Of a stretch of DNA of 64,000 bases, positions 8,023 to 17,259 are shown piece by piece. Every line of letters begins with the position of its first letter. Position 1 is the stretch's first letter. Source of the stretch: Oscillospiraceae bacterium (lineage in GTDB: Bacteria > Bacillota > Clostridia > Oscillospirales > Oscillospiraceae); contig JAFTVV010000007.1 in NCBI GenBank assembly GCA_017465625.1, forward strand, positions 5,935-69,934, given 5' to 3'. The translations under genes were made by a program, and so were the position numbers. The notes under the pieces are model-generated. The model made no database searches and was not told the origin of the DNA. It was given only the letters and a program-made list of their open reading frames with translations.

Positions 8023-10494
8023 ATGCTGATCAAATCTATTTTTCGCACAATCAAATCCTCTTTTGGACGCTATATGGCTATTTTTTCCATTATTGCGCTG
8101 GGCGTCGGCTTTTTTGCTGGATTGAAGATTACAGAAAGCGCAATGCACAAAACTGCTGATGCCTATTTGGGGGAGCTGGGGCTGTATGATTTTCGGCTGG
8201 TCAGCACCCTAGGCTTTACCGGGGAGGATGTGGATCACTTTCAAAATCTGGACGGCATTTATAAAGCTTACGGCTCTGTCAGTGCAGATGTGATCACGTT
8301 GGCAGAGGATGGCTCGGATGCGGTTCTGCACGCCCATACATTGCTGGAGGGTATCAACGGGGTGGACCTTGTGGAGGGCAGACTGCCGGAAAGACCGGAT
8401 GAATGTCTGCTGGATGCCCTGTACGTTCCAAAAAGCATACTGGGACAAAAACTTGTCCTGTCCCAAAACAATACACTAAAGACTTTTGATGCCTTCTCCT
8501 ATGATGAATATACGGTGGTCGGCCTTGTAAATTCGCCGGAATACATCAACTTCCAGCGTGGTACAACCGCCCTTTCGGGCGGCAAGGCTACCGGCTTTAT
8601 CTATCTGTTGGAGGACGGTTTTGAGACCGATTATTTCACCGAAATTTATTTAAGCCTGCCCCATAAATATGAGATACACTCCACAGCATACAAAAACGCC
8701 ATCAAGCAGGCAACATCCGGCGTGACCGCATTGCTGGAAGAACGGGCGGATATGCGGTATGAGGCACTTTGCAGAGAGCTTCAGGCGCTCATGGATACAA
8801 TGCCTGCGGAAATGCTCGAAACGAATGGGCTTTCTATGCCGGAAAAGCCTGCCACCTACGTGCTGGACAGAAGCAGTAATCTGGGTTATGTGTGCTTTGA
8901 AAACGATATTCAAATTGTCTCCGGTGTGGCGAAGGTTTTCCCGGTGTTCTTCTTTTTGGTGGCTGCGTTGGTTTGTATTACCACGATGACCCGAATGGTG
9001 GGGGAGCATCGCACCCAAAATGGTGTTTTAAAAGCATTGGGCTATCAGAAAAGCGCCATTTCTGCCCAATATCTGATCTACGCAGGTTCAGCTTCCGCGT
9101 TGGGCGCGGTGGTTGGATTTTTCCTGGGCACCAAGCTGATGCCCATGGCGATGTGGGAGATCTATCACATTATGTACTCCATTGAAAGACCGATCCGATT
9201 TGTTTTTGACGGGGGAATGTTCGCCCTGTGCCTGATCGGCTACGTGGCGTGCATTTTAGGGGTTACCTATCTGGTGTGCCGCCGGGATTTAAAAACGAGT
9301 GCGGCAGAGCTGATGCGGCCGGCGGCACCCACCGCAGGCAAACGCATCTTTTTGGAGTATATCGGCTTTATTTGGAGACCGATGAAATTTCTGCACAAGG
9401 TGTCCCTGCGGAATATCCTGCGGTATAAAAAGCGGATGGTGATGATGATCATCGGCATCGGCGGATGCACATCTTTGCTGATTGCAGGATTTGGAATTCG
9501 GGATACTATTCAGCCGATTGTGGATCATCAATATGGGGAGATCAATCTCTACGATGCCACCGTGTCGTTTTTAGACGAGCCGACCGGGGAACAAATGCAG
9601 GTTTTCCGTGAGGAGGTTGGGGATTTTGCGACCGATGTGACATTCGTACATTCCGGCAGTGTGGAGCTTGTCACCGACCACACCGCAAGATCTGTGGAAA
9701 CCGTTGCTTATACTGCGGATATGGCGGCATTTGTCCACCTGCACAGCGGCAAAAATGCTGTGGCGTTCCCGGAGAAAGACCAAATTGCGGTCAGTTGCGG
9801 CACGGCCAAAAAGCTGGGACTTTCGGTGGGAGATGCCGTAAAACTGCGGATGAGCGATTATACGCAAATAGATGTCACTGTGTCGGGTATTTACGACAAT
9901 TACATTGGGGACATTCTATACCTGCGCGCCGAAACTTATGAGCAAATGCCGAAAATCAATACGGCTTATCTGAAGTTTGAAAGTGGCACGGACGGGCATC
10001 AAGCCGGTGCGGCGCTGCTGAATATGCAAAATGTCGGTGCGGTCAATATTGTAAACGATATGAAGGAAATGGTAGGCGGTATGCTGGACAGCCTGAACCT
10101 CATTGTGCTGATCGTACTGCTGTGTGCCGGTGCGCTGGCGTTTATTGTGCTTTATAATCTGACGAATATCACCATTACCGAACGCATCCGAGAAATTGCC
10201 ACGCTCAAGGTTTTGGGCTTCCATACAAAGGAGCAAAAGGCCTATGTGTTCCGGGAGAATATGATTCTCACGGCGCTCAGCGCCATTGTGGGCATCCCTT
10301 GCGGCATCGCACTGCTGCACTATGCCCTGAGCCAAATCAAAGTGGACGGCTTCTACTTTGGGGTGCGTCTGGCAACATCCAGCTATTTTTGGGCGGTGGG
10401 ACTGACACTGCTGTTTACCATCGTGGTGGATTTTGTGCTCTCCGGCAAGTTAAAGAAAATCAATATGGCCGAGGCCATGAAAGCGATTGAATAA
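8023..10494 (+). CDS. FtsX-like ABC permease
   Basis: Two FtsX-type TM blocks, ERIREIATLKVLG; follows the ATPase. Confidence 0.85.
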   Translation: MLIKSIFRTIKSSFGRYMAIFSIIALGVGFFAGLKITESAMHKTADAYLGELGLYDFRLVSTLGFTGEDVDHFQNLDGIYKAYGSVSADVITLAEDGSDAVLHAHTLLEGINGVDLVEGRLPERPDECLLDALYVPKSILGQKLVLSQNNTLKTFDAFSYDEYTVVGLVNSPEYINFQRGTTALSGGKATGFIYLLEDGFETDYFTEIYLSLPHKYEIHSTAYKNAIKQATSGVTALLEERADMRYEALCRELQALMDTMPAEMLETNGLSMPEKPATYVLDRSSNLGYVCFENDIQIVSGVAKVFPVFFFLVAALVCITTMTRMVGEHRTQNGVLKALGYQKSAISAQYLIYAGSASALGAVVGFFLGTKLMPMAMWEIYHIMYSIERPIRFVFDGGMFALCLIGYVACILGVTYLVCRRDLKTSAAELMRPAAPTAGKRIFLEYIGFIWRPMKFLHKVSLRNILRYKKRMVMMIIGIGGCTSLLIAGFGIRDTIQPIVDHQYGEINLYDATVSFLDEPTGEQMQVFREEVGDFATDVTFVHSGSVELVTDHTARSVETVAYTADMAAFVHLHSGKNAVAFPEKDQIAVSCGTAKKLGLSVGDAVKLRMSDYTQIDVTVSGIYDNYIGDILYLRAETYEQMPKINTAYLKFESGTDGHQAGAALLNMQNVGAVNIVNDMKEMVGGMLDSLNLIVLIVLLCAGALAFIVLYNLTNITITERIREIATLKVLGFHTKEQKAYVFRENMILTALSAIVGIPCGIALLHYALSQIKVDGFYFGVRLATSSYFWAVGLTLLFTIVVDFVLSGKLKKINMAEAMKAIE

Positions 10495-10517
10495 ATCCTT
10501 GAAACGAGGCTTTAAAA

Positions 10518-11030
10518 ATGAAGATTTTAGTGGTTGTGGATATGCAAAACGATTTTATCGACGGTGCACTGGGTACACCGGAGGCGGTTTCTATCGTCCC
10601 TTATGTCAAGCAGGTCATTGAATTCTTCGACGGCAAGGTGCTCTTTACCCGGGACACCCATTTTGCGGACTATATGGATACCCAGGAGGGCAAAAATCTG
10701 CCCGTCCCACACTGTATCAAGGATACAGACGGCTGGCGTATTCGCAGGGAATTGGATGCACTGCGCAAAACACCTGCCATTGATAAAATCACTTTTGGCT
10801 CCAAGGACTTGGTGGATATTCTAAAGGGAGAGCCTTCTATAGAAAGTATCACCTTCGTAGGCTTGTGCACCGATATTTGCGTTATTTCCAATGTGATGCT
10901 TACGAAGGCGTTCTTTCCGGAAATTCCGCTGATCGTGGATGCCAAGGCCTGCGCCGGAGTCACTCCCGAAAGTCACCAAAATGCCCTCGCCGCCATGAAA
11001 ATGTGCCAGGTACGCATCGTCAATGAATAA
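10518..11030 (+). CDS. Isochorismatase/nicotinamidase-family cysteine hydrolase
   Basis: VVDMQNDF, TRDTH, PHC, GLCTDICV. Confidence 0.88.
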   Translation: MKILVVVDMQNDFIDGALGTPEAVSIVPYVKQVIEFFDGKVLFTRDTHFADYMDTQEGKNLPVPHCIKDTDGWRIRRELDALRKTPAIDKITFGSKDLVDILKGEPSIESITFVGLCTDICVISNVMLTKAFFPEIPLIVDAKACAGVTPESHQNALAAMKMCQVRIVNE

Positions 11031-11082
11031 GTAAGAAAAACAGGGAACGGCATTATAAATGCCATTCCCTGTTTATATAGTT

Positions 11083-11109
11083 GTAGGGGGCGGCGCCTTC
11101 GACGCCCCG
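11083..11109 (+). repeat. GTAG-type REP-like palindrome
   Basis: GTAGGGGGCGGCGCCTTCGACGCCCCG. Confidence 0.5.
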
Positions 11110-11204
11110 TTATGCACACCACGAACTCCTACAATGGTGATTGTTAGACGATTAGATAAATGTGAATGTGTCTAACAGCATCCAAAATCATAATACCTAT
11201 ATGG

Positions 11205-11945
11205 TTAATCATACTGCTCTACAGTAGTAAGTTCTCCTGTGCTTTCATCACGGAATATCCAACGATGTATAGAACCGATGCGCTTACCTTTCTTTACATA
11301 GGTCATAGGTTTTCCGTCTGCACCAATAGGCCAATCAGAAGATTGTACCCAGCAAGGATATCCCTTTTCAGATTTGAACTCTTGGCGAATACGAGCCTTT
11401 GTTTCTTTGATGCGGCGAGTTTTGGGCATCGTTTCAGGAAAAAGTGGAATGATATTTTCTTGAATATACATTTCAGCTTGACCACCACTTAGATACTCCG
11501 GAATCACATCCAAGGCATAACTATATGCCTCTTCGTATTTTTGACCACGATATTCCAATGTGGAGTCAAACTGATAAAAAATATCAAACACACCGTCATA
11601 GAATTTCCATGCACCGCTGGCGGTTTTTACATTATGTGTCAGCATACGCCATTCTTTTGTAAGAAAGGTCCGTACAGAAGTAAAAGAGTCATCCCCGTAT
11701 ACATATCCAGGATAAAGGTCTGGCTGTGCAAAACAATAGAGATAGCGGTGAGAAAATGTGATTTTGTTGTCATAATTTCGAGGAGTTTGAATGAATCCTA
11801 TGCCAGATGAAATACGAGTGTCAATAATATTTTGCAAAAAGTCATTGATATCGTCATTGGTATCATACTCTTGGCGAAATGCAACAATATCAATATTTCC
11901 TAAAAGGAATTCTCTGATTTTAGTTTCTGTATTCATACAAGACAT
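11205..11945 (-). CDS. Hypothetical protein (AT-rich accessory gene)
   Basis: 246-aa ORF; C-terminal PCWVQSSDWP..KPM motif. Confidence 0.7.
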   Translation of the reverse strand: MSCMNTETKIREFLLGNIDIVAFRQEYDTNDDINDFLQNIIDTRISSGIGFIQTPRNYDNKITFSHRYLYCFAQPDLYPGYVYGDDSFTSVRTFLTKEWRMLTHNVKTASGAWKFYDGVFDIFYQFDSTLEYRGQKYEEAYSYALDVIPEYLSGGQAEMYIQENIIPLFPETMPKTRRIKETKARIRQEFKSEKGYPCWVQSSDWPIGADGKPMTYVKKGKRIGSIHRWIFRDESTGELTTVEQYD

Positions 11946-12004
11946 CCTTTCTTCAAATTTAAGCTTTGCGAACAGTTAGTCAAATCGGAATTTGACGCTG
12001 AAAA

Positions 12005-12373
12005 TCATTCTACTAATTCTAATTCTGCTGTCAAATCGTTCAGTAAATTCTCGGTAGATATAACCCATGCATCTTTATCCGTTGGAAAGACCATAAAGCG
12101 AATGTTTTCTTCATTTATCATACTCTCGCAACGCGCGCAGAATTCATGAATGTCCATTTCAACGGGTGTATCTTCTTTGCTATATTTTTCTGCAAATTCT
12201 TTGGACGGCCACACTAATAGATGAATGTATCCATCTACGTCAATGGTGGCATAACCATCCTCGTTAGAAAGTAGCCAGGCACTCTCAAAATCAACGGTAT
12301 GCGTAACAAAGTGTTTATATCTTTTTTCTGCGCTCGCATTCCACAAACCTTCAAATCGTTTATCGTTCTTCAT
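12005..12373 (-). CDS. DUF2750-like protein
   Basis: SAEKRYKHF..WLL..LVWPSKEFAE pattern. Confidence 0.65.
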   Translation of the reverse strand: MKNDKRFEGLWNASAEKRYKHFVTHTVDFESAWLLSNEDGYATIDVDGYIHLLVWPSKEFAEKYSKEDTPVEMDIHEFCARCESMINEENIRFMVFPTDKDAWVISTENLLNDLTAELELVE

Positions 12374-12477
12374 AACTATTTGTCCTTCTAATAAAAATGA
12401 TCATTATTGGTGCAGTGCAAGGCTTCCTTTGCTGGGCTGTCCTCAGCGGCCTGTTCGGTGCGCCACGGGTTATGAAA

Positions 12478-12888
12478 TCAGCAGATCACAGGTTTCCAGG
12501 CGAACGGCAACAAATCCTTTGCTTTCACCTTGATCAGGTTGCCCTTTTCGTCATTTACAATGACTTTAATATCGGGACAGTACTCAAAAAGCATTTGTCT
12601 GCAGTTGCCGCAGGGCGGAATAACGCAATTATGATGTTTTTCGTGAACGGCAACGATCGTATCAAACGCACGCTCTCCATTTGAAATGGCGATGCCCATT
12701 GTAATATACTCCGCACAAGAACCGTGAATGCCATCACAATTTACGCCCTTGTAGATCCTTCCGTTCTTGCATAAAACCGCGCAGCCCACTGTGTGATTGT
12801 AAACGCCGTCATCGAAATTGTCTGCTAAAACCTGCAAGCCGATCTGAATCAGTTCTTTATCTTTTTCGGTAATCGGATATCTTTTCAC
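12478..12888 (-). CDS. Cytidine deaminase family protein (blasticidin-S-deaminase-like)
   Basis: HTVGCA, SCAE, PCGNCRQ zinc motif, LLPFAW. Confidence 0.85.
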   Translation of the reverse strand: MKRYPITEKDKELIQIGLQVLADNFDDGVYNHTVGCAVLCKNGRIYKGVNCDGIHGSCAEYITMGIAISNGERAFDTIVAVHEKHHNCVIPPCGNCRQMLFEYCPDIKVIVNDEKGNLIKVKAKDLLPFAWKPVIC

Positions 12889-12914
12889 GGAAATACCCCC
12901 TGTTATACTTGAAT

Positions 12915-13082
12915 TTACTTGTTTTCTTTATCCTGTTTGGACATCAGGATGATTGAACCGACAAGCAAAGCAACGCCAAGAGTGAAAAATACACATCCTA
13001 TTACAGTATTTAACTGATTAGCAAAAAAGCCAATCATTCCGGCACCGGATGCACAGCAAATTACCTGAAGAAAATTTTTCAT
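12915..13082 (-). CDS. Small 55-aa membrane protein (not in ORF track)
   Basis: GAGGTG RBS + ATG; MKNFLQVICCASGAGMIGFFANQLNTVIGCVFFTLGVALLVGSIILMSKQDKENK*. Confidence 0.6.
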   Translation of the reverse strand: MKNFLQVICCASGAGMIGFFANQLNTVIGCVFFTLGVALLVGSIILMSKQDKENK

Positions 13083-13231
13083 AAAGTCACCTCGTCAGAT
13101 TCTTATTTTTCTGCAGATATTGTAGCATACTGAATGAAATATTGCTACGCAATATGAAATAATCCTTACGAATGATGAAGAGACTGACTAAAAGCAGCAG
13201 AAATGTGGTGAAAAGCCAAAAAGCACACCAT

Positions 13232-13645
13232 TTACCATTGCTCAATCGCCTGAATTAAACGCCCAATCAAGGTTTGGTCTGCTTGAAACTCAAACTTTAA
13301 TGAGTGGGCGGAAAAGGATGCGCCAAGCTGACCCTTGATCAAGGCGATCCCTTTTTGCACAGCGAATTCTATATATCCATCCGTGTCTGCTCCCATATCA
13401 TGGATGCGAAAAGCACCGGTCAATGAATCGTATGTGTTTTTGATCTCGTTTAATATGTTGATATAACACTGGTCGAATAGAGTAAAGGTATCATAACCTT
13501 TGAAGTTTTTGTTCTCATAAGATATGCCAAAAGTGATACAAGGATGACCGTCAATGTATTTATATTGTTGCTCACTTGGTATTGAGAGTAAGCATAAGCG
13601 AGTTGATTCGTTATCCCAAAGAATGATATTGTTCTTTACTGTCAT
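13232..13645 (-). CDS. Hypothetical, WapI-like immunity protein
   Basis: AAGGAG RBS; C-terminal LKFEFQADQTL resembles WapI-type proteins. Confidence 0.5.
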   Translation of the reverse strand: MTVKNNIILWDNESTRLCLLSIPSEQQYKYIDGHPCITFGISYENKNFKGYDTFTLFDQCYINILNEIKNTYDSLTGAFRIHDMGADTDGYIEFAVQKGIALIKGQLGASFSAHSLKFEFQADQTLIGRLIQAIEQW

Positions 13646-13693
13646 TTTGCATTCTCCTTTGCAGTTGGACTTACAAACGTTACGCAGTCATTG

Positions 13694-14230
13694 TTATGTG
13701 CATTTTGCTTTCCTTTTGTGTATGCAGTTCAAAACGACATAATACAAACCCACAAGGGCGCAAAAGTACAAAAAGAATCCCAGAAAGAGGAAGCCTGTTG
13801 ACTCTCTGCCCAATTTGCGGGTTGTTTTGTTAAAATCAAGTATGTTACCGTTTTCGGTTGAAAACTCAACGATCGTATTTGAATTAGGATGAATCAGAAG
13901 GCTGATGTTCTCTTGCTCAGACAATGCGGATAGCGCATCCTTCAGCTGTGTGTTTATCGAAACTCCGTCAATATTGTATTGTTCCCCGTTCGCACAGTAG
14001 ATCACAATCTCCTTGATGTGCAGAGGGCGTTTTGGTTGGTGAATTTCTTGATAAGAAACAAATTGAGTTTCAACCAATGTGCAGGATTCCTGTGTTACTT
14101 CTGCATTCCAATGCTGCATACCAAACGTAAATACACTTCCGAGGAGTATACTCACCACCAAAAGTGCAATCGCCTTGCCAAGCGATATTGGAACTTTTCT
14201 CATTTTGGATTCTTCTTTCAAAAATCTCAC
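13694..14230 (-). CDS. Hypothetical membrane protein (2 TM)
   Basis: N- and C-terminal hydrophobic segments; start may be TTG at 14221. Confidence 0.6.
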   Translation of the reverse strand: MRFLKEESKMRKVPISLGKAIALLVVSILLGSVFTFGMQHWNAEVTQESCTLVETQFVSYQEIHQPKRPLHIKEIVIYCANGEQYNIDGVSINTQLKDALSALSEQENISLLIHPNSNTIVEFSTENGNILDFNKTTRKLGRESTGFLFLGFFLYFCALVGLYYVVLNCIHKRKAKCT

Positions 14231-14317
14231 CTCTGCAGATATTGTAGCATATTGAATGAAATATTGCTACTCAATATTTTGAACTGATGGCTGATCGTGC
14301 TATTCGACAAAAAGGGG

Positions 14318-14346
14318 TTGAATTTTAGAAACAGGTCTGTTATAAT
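14318..14346 (+). promoter_or_regulatory. Sigma-A promoter of tRNA-Gly
   Basis: TTGAAT-17-TATAAT with extended TG. Confidence 0.75.
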
Positions 14347-14357
14347 ACGCACACAAT

Positions 14358-14431
14358 GCAGGGTTCGTATATCGGTAATACAACGGCTTCCCAAGCCGTG
14401 AAGGCGGGTTCGATTCCCGTACCCTGCTCCA
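14358..14431 (+). tRNA. tRNA-Gly(CCC)
   Basis: Acceptor GCAGGGT/ACCCTGC, anticodon arm ACGGC-TTCCCAA-GCCGT, GTTCGATTC, encoded CCA. Confidence 0.95.
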
Positions 14432-14432
14432 G

Positions 14433-14474
14433 AAAAGAAACACCTTTTGTCTACTGACAAAAGGTGTTTCTTTT
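14433..14474 (+). terminator. Terminator after tRNA-Gly
   Basis: AAAAGAAACACCTTTTGTC-tact-GACAAAAGGTGTTTCTTTT. Confidence 0.85.
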
Positions 14475-14476
14475 CA

Positions 14477-14802
14477 ATGAAATAAATCCCTTGCGGGATT
14501 TGTGAAATAACGCTTCGCGTTATGAAATAGCTGACGCTATGAAATACGCTGCGGCGTATGAGGGATTTATTTTATTTCACATTTTGCCGCTAAGGCAAAA
14601 TATTTCATAATCCAAAGGATTATTTCATATTGCGTAGCAATATTTCATTAAATATGCTATGTCGTTATACTAATGATGCCGCTGACGCTAATGATGTCGG
14701 CTTCGCCTAATGTTTTGCGGCAAACATCGCATTATTGCGAGTGAAACGAGCAACATCATATTTGCGAAGCAAATGCATCATATCGCGTCAGCGATATATC
14801 AC
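14477..14802. repeat. Two tandem branched-palindrome elements (TGAAAT/ATTTCA spine; ATGATG/CATCAT spine)
   Basis: 4x TGAAAT+hairpin then 4x ATTTCA separated by hairpins; followed by an analogous ATGATG/CATCAT unit. Confidence 0.75.
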
Positions 14803-14911
14803 CCAAAAACGCGCCTTTGCCTACCGGCAAAGGTGCGTTTTATGATTCTGTGGGGATTGCGCTTTACATCTGCCTGTTTCGCTGGTATAATAAAGAAAAG
14901 GCGGTTTTAAA

Positions 14912-15505
14912 ATGAACAATTACGAATTATCCCGTGACAGGGCGCAAAGCTATTTCCTGCGGTTTGATCAGCAAAAACTGATTGAAAAGTGGAAACTAAA
15001 ATGTGACGAAGCAATGATATACATCCGATTTTTGGGAGAGGACTACACCCTTTGCCGTCAAAGCGGTGTTGTTTCCAGAAATGGGCAGGTGACAGGCTTT
15101 GAGGAGACCCTCTCCATTTTTGACCTTTTGTGCCATCAGGGGCAAAAGCCCCTTACAGGCGTGTATGCACCGGTAAACAGCTTAAAGGGCAGGCCTGCTG
15201 GCGCAGGAGTCAATACGGATTTTACAAGCAAAACCGCCACGTATTTTGATCAACACTTTGCACAATTCTGCGAAAGCTGTGAAGCCTTAGGGGGTACGCC
15301 TGTTCCAATGGGGGATGCGGCGTATCGGTTTACGGTTTTTGAAAAGCTGACCCTGATTCTCAAATTTTATCGGGCAGATGAGGACTTTCCTGCAAGTCTG
15401 GTGATTTTGTGGGAGGATGAGACGCTATCTTACCTGCTGTATGAGACGGTTTTTTATGTACAGGGTTATTTGCTCTCACGGATCGTAAAGAAAATGGAGG
15501 AATGA
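14912..15505 (+). CDS. DUF3786-like protein
   Basis: LGG..GDAAY..ADEDFPASLVILW pattern. Confidence 0.65.
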   Translation: MNNYELSRDRAQSYFLRFDQQKLIEKWKLKCDEAMIYIRFLGEDYTLCRQSGVVSRNGQVTGFEETLSIFDLLCHQGQKPLTGVYAPVNSLKGRPAGAGVNTDFTSKTATYFDQHFAQFCESCEALGGTPVPMGDAAYRFTVFEKLTLILKFYRADEDFPASLVILWEDETLSYLLYETVFYVQGYLLSRIVKKMEE

Positions 15506-15508
15506 AAG

Positions 15509-16879
15509 ATGACCGGCAGACGATTGTCCCGGGATTTTACAACCGGGTCTATCCCAAAACAACTGTTTTTCTTTATGCTTCCTTTTATGCTGAGCAATGC
15601 CCTGCAGGTGTTCTACAGCACCGTGGATATGTGGATTGTAGGCAAATATGTGGGCACGGCCGGACTGTCGGCGGTGTCGCAAAGCAGTCAGATTATGAAT
15701 TTCGGTGCCATGGTGTGCCTGGGCTTTTCCAACGGTGGTCAGGTGCTGGTTGCTCAGGCGGTGGGCGCCGGAAAGCACAAGGAGCTCAACCGCATTATCG
15801 GCACGCTGTTCAGCCTGATTGTACTGCTGGCAGTGGTGCTGACTGCGGTGTTTGTAATCGGCAGGCAGTGGATCGTGGACGTGATGCGGATTCCCTTTGA
15901 GTCCGAAGCCTATGCAGAGGATTACCTGCTGATTTGCGGTGCAGGTATGATTTTTACTGCCGGCTACAATATGGTCTCGGCAGTGCTGCGGGGTATGGGC
16001 GATTCCAAAAGACCGCTGCTGTTTATTGCCATTGCATCGCTGGTGAATTTAGGACTGGATTATTTGTTTACAGGCCTGTGGGGATGGGAAGTGGCAGGCG
16101 CCGCTTGGGCTACCATCATCGGGCAGGCAGTATCGTTTATATTTGCGGTCGTCTATTTGTATCGGCAGAGGGAGGGCTTCGGTTTCGACTTTAAGCTGAA
16201 AAGCCTTGCCATACATAAAAAATATGCCAGGATGATCGGTGCGCTGGGAACACCCCTGGCCATTCAATCCGGCTGTATCAACATCTCGATGCTTTGCGTC
16301 AACGCCATGGTCAACGATGTGGGCGTGGTGGCATCTGCCACCTTTGGCGTGGGTATGCGTATTGATGACATCATCAATAAGATTTCCATGGGCATTCAGC
16401 ACGCCGCACTGCCTATGGTCAGCCAGAATATGGGCGCAGGGCAGCAAAAAAGAGCCCAAAAGGTGGTCTATTCCGCCTGGATTTTCTCCGGCATATTGAC
16501 GGTCATTGCCATCACTGCTTATCTGGTGTTTGGCGAGAGCCTGTTTAAGGTGTTCTCCGATGACCCGTTGGTACACGAGATGTCCGGCACGTTCATCAGC
16601 GCCATTTTGTGGATGTTTCCTGCGCTGGCGATTATGCGTGGAACAGGCGGATTCATTCAGGGCATCGGCAATGCCAAGTTCAGTATGCTCCTTTCCATAT
16701 TGGACGGCGTGCTGTTCCGCATCGGCTTGAGCTGGCTGTTTGGTATGGTGTTTGATTGGGGCTTCTACGGCTTCGTTTTGGGCTACGGTCTTGCACCGGT
16801 TGGATTTGCTGTGCCCAGTATGATCTATTTTCTCAGCGGCATTTGGAAGAAAAGAGCTGCCTTGTCGGAAAAGCTTTAA
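15509..16879 (+). CDS. MATE family efflux transporter
   Basis: About 12 TM; NALQVFYSTVD, LRGMGDSKRPL, GAAWATIIGQ. Confidence 0.9.
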   Translation: MTGRRLSRDFTTGSIPKQLFFFMLPFMLSNALQVFYSTVDMWIVGKYVGTAGLSAVSQSSQIMNFGAMVCLGFSNGGQVLVAQAVGAGKHKELNRIIGTLFSLIVLLAVVLTAVFVIGRQWIVDVMRIPFESEAYAEDYLLICGAGMIFTAGYNMVSAVLRGMGDSKRPLLFIAIASLVNLGLDYLFTGLWGWEVAGAAWATIIGQAVSFIFAVVYLYRQREGFGFDFKLKSLAIHKKYARMIGALGTPLAIQSGCINISMLCVNAMVNDVGVVASATFGVGMRIDDIINKISMGIQHAALPMVSQNMGAGQQKRAQKVVYSAWIFSGILTVIAITAYLVFGESLFKVFSDDPLVHEMSGTFISAILWMFPALAIMRGTGGFIQGIGNAKFSMLLSILDGVLFRIGLSWLFGMVFDWGFYGFVLGYGLAPVGFAVPSMIYFLSGIWKKRAALSEKL

Positions 16880-16936
16880 TTTTAAAGAAGTATATTTTTG
16901 CACATACTAAAAACACAACATCAGGAGGAATCAACT

Positions 16937-17248
16937 ATGTCTGTAATCAATGTAACAACCACCAATTTTCAAAAAGAAGTAATGGAAAGCGAAAAGATCG
17001 TTCTGCTGGACTTTTGGGCACCCTGGTGCGGTCCTTGCCGGATGCTGGGCCCCATCGTGGAAAACATCGCAGAGGAATATCCGGACGTGAAGGTATGCAA
17101 GGTCAACGTGGACGAAGAAGGGGATCTGGCACAGCAATTTGGCGTGATGAGTATTCCTGCAGTATTTGTGCTGGAAAACGGAAAAATCACCAATCAGTCT
17201 GTGGGTGTTAAGCCCAAGCAGCAGCTGCTTGAAATGCTGGGTTTGTAA
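16937..17248 (+). CDS. trxA: Thioredoxin
   Basis: DFWAPWCGPC; AGGAGG RBS. Confidence 0.95.
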   Translation: MSVINVTTTNFQKEVMESEKIVLLDFWAPWCGPCRMLGPIVENIAEEYPDVKVCKVNVDEEGDLAQQFGVMSIPAVFVLENGKITNQSVGVKPKQQLLEMLGL

Positions 17249-17259
17249 GAGAGACTTTT

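Noticed and set aside
14358-14431. Non-proteinogenic (cell-wall) tRNA-Gly
   Set aside because: It retains the D-loop GG and T-loop TTC, so nothing marks it as EF-Tu-evading.
14477-14802. CRISPR array
   Set aside because: Repeats are only about 6 bp, switch orientation midway, the spacers are short hairpins, and there are no cas genes.
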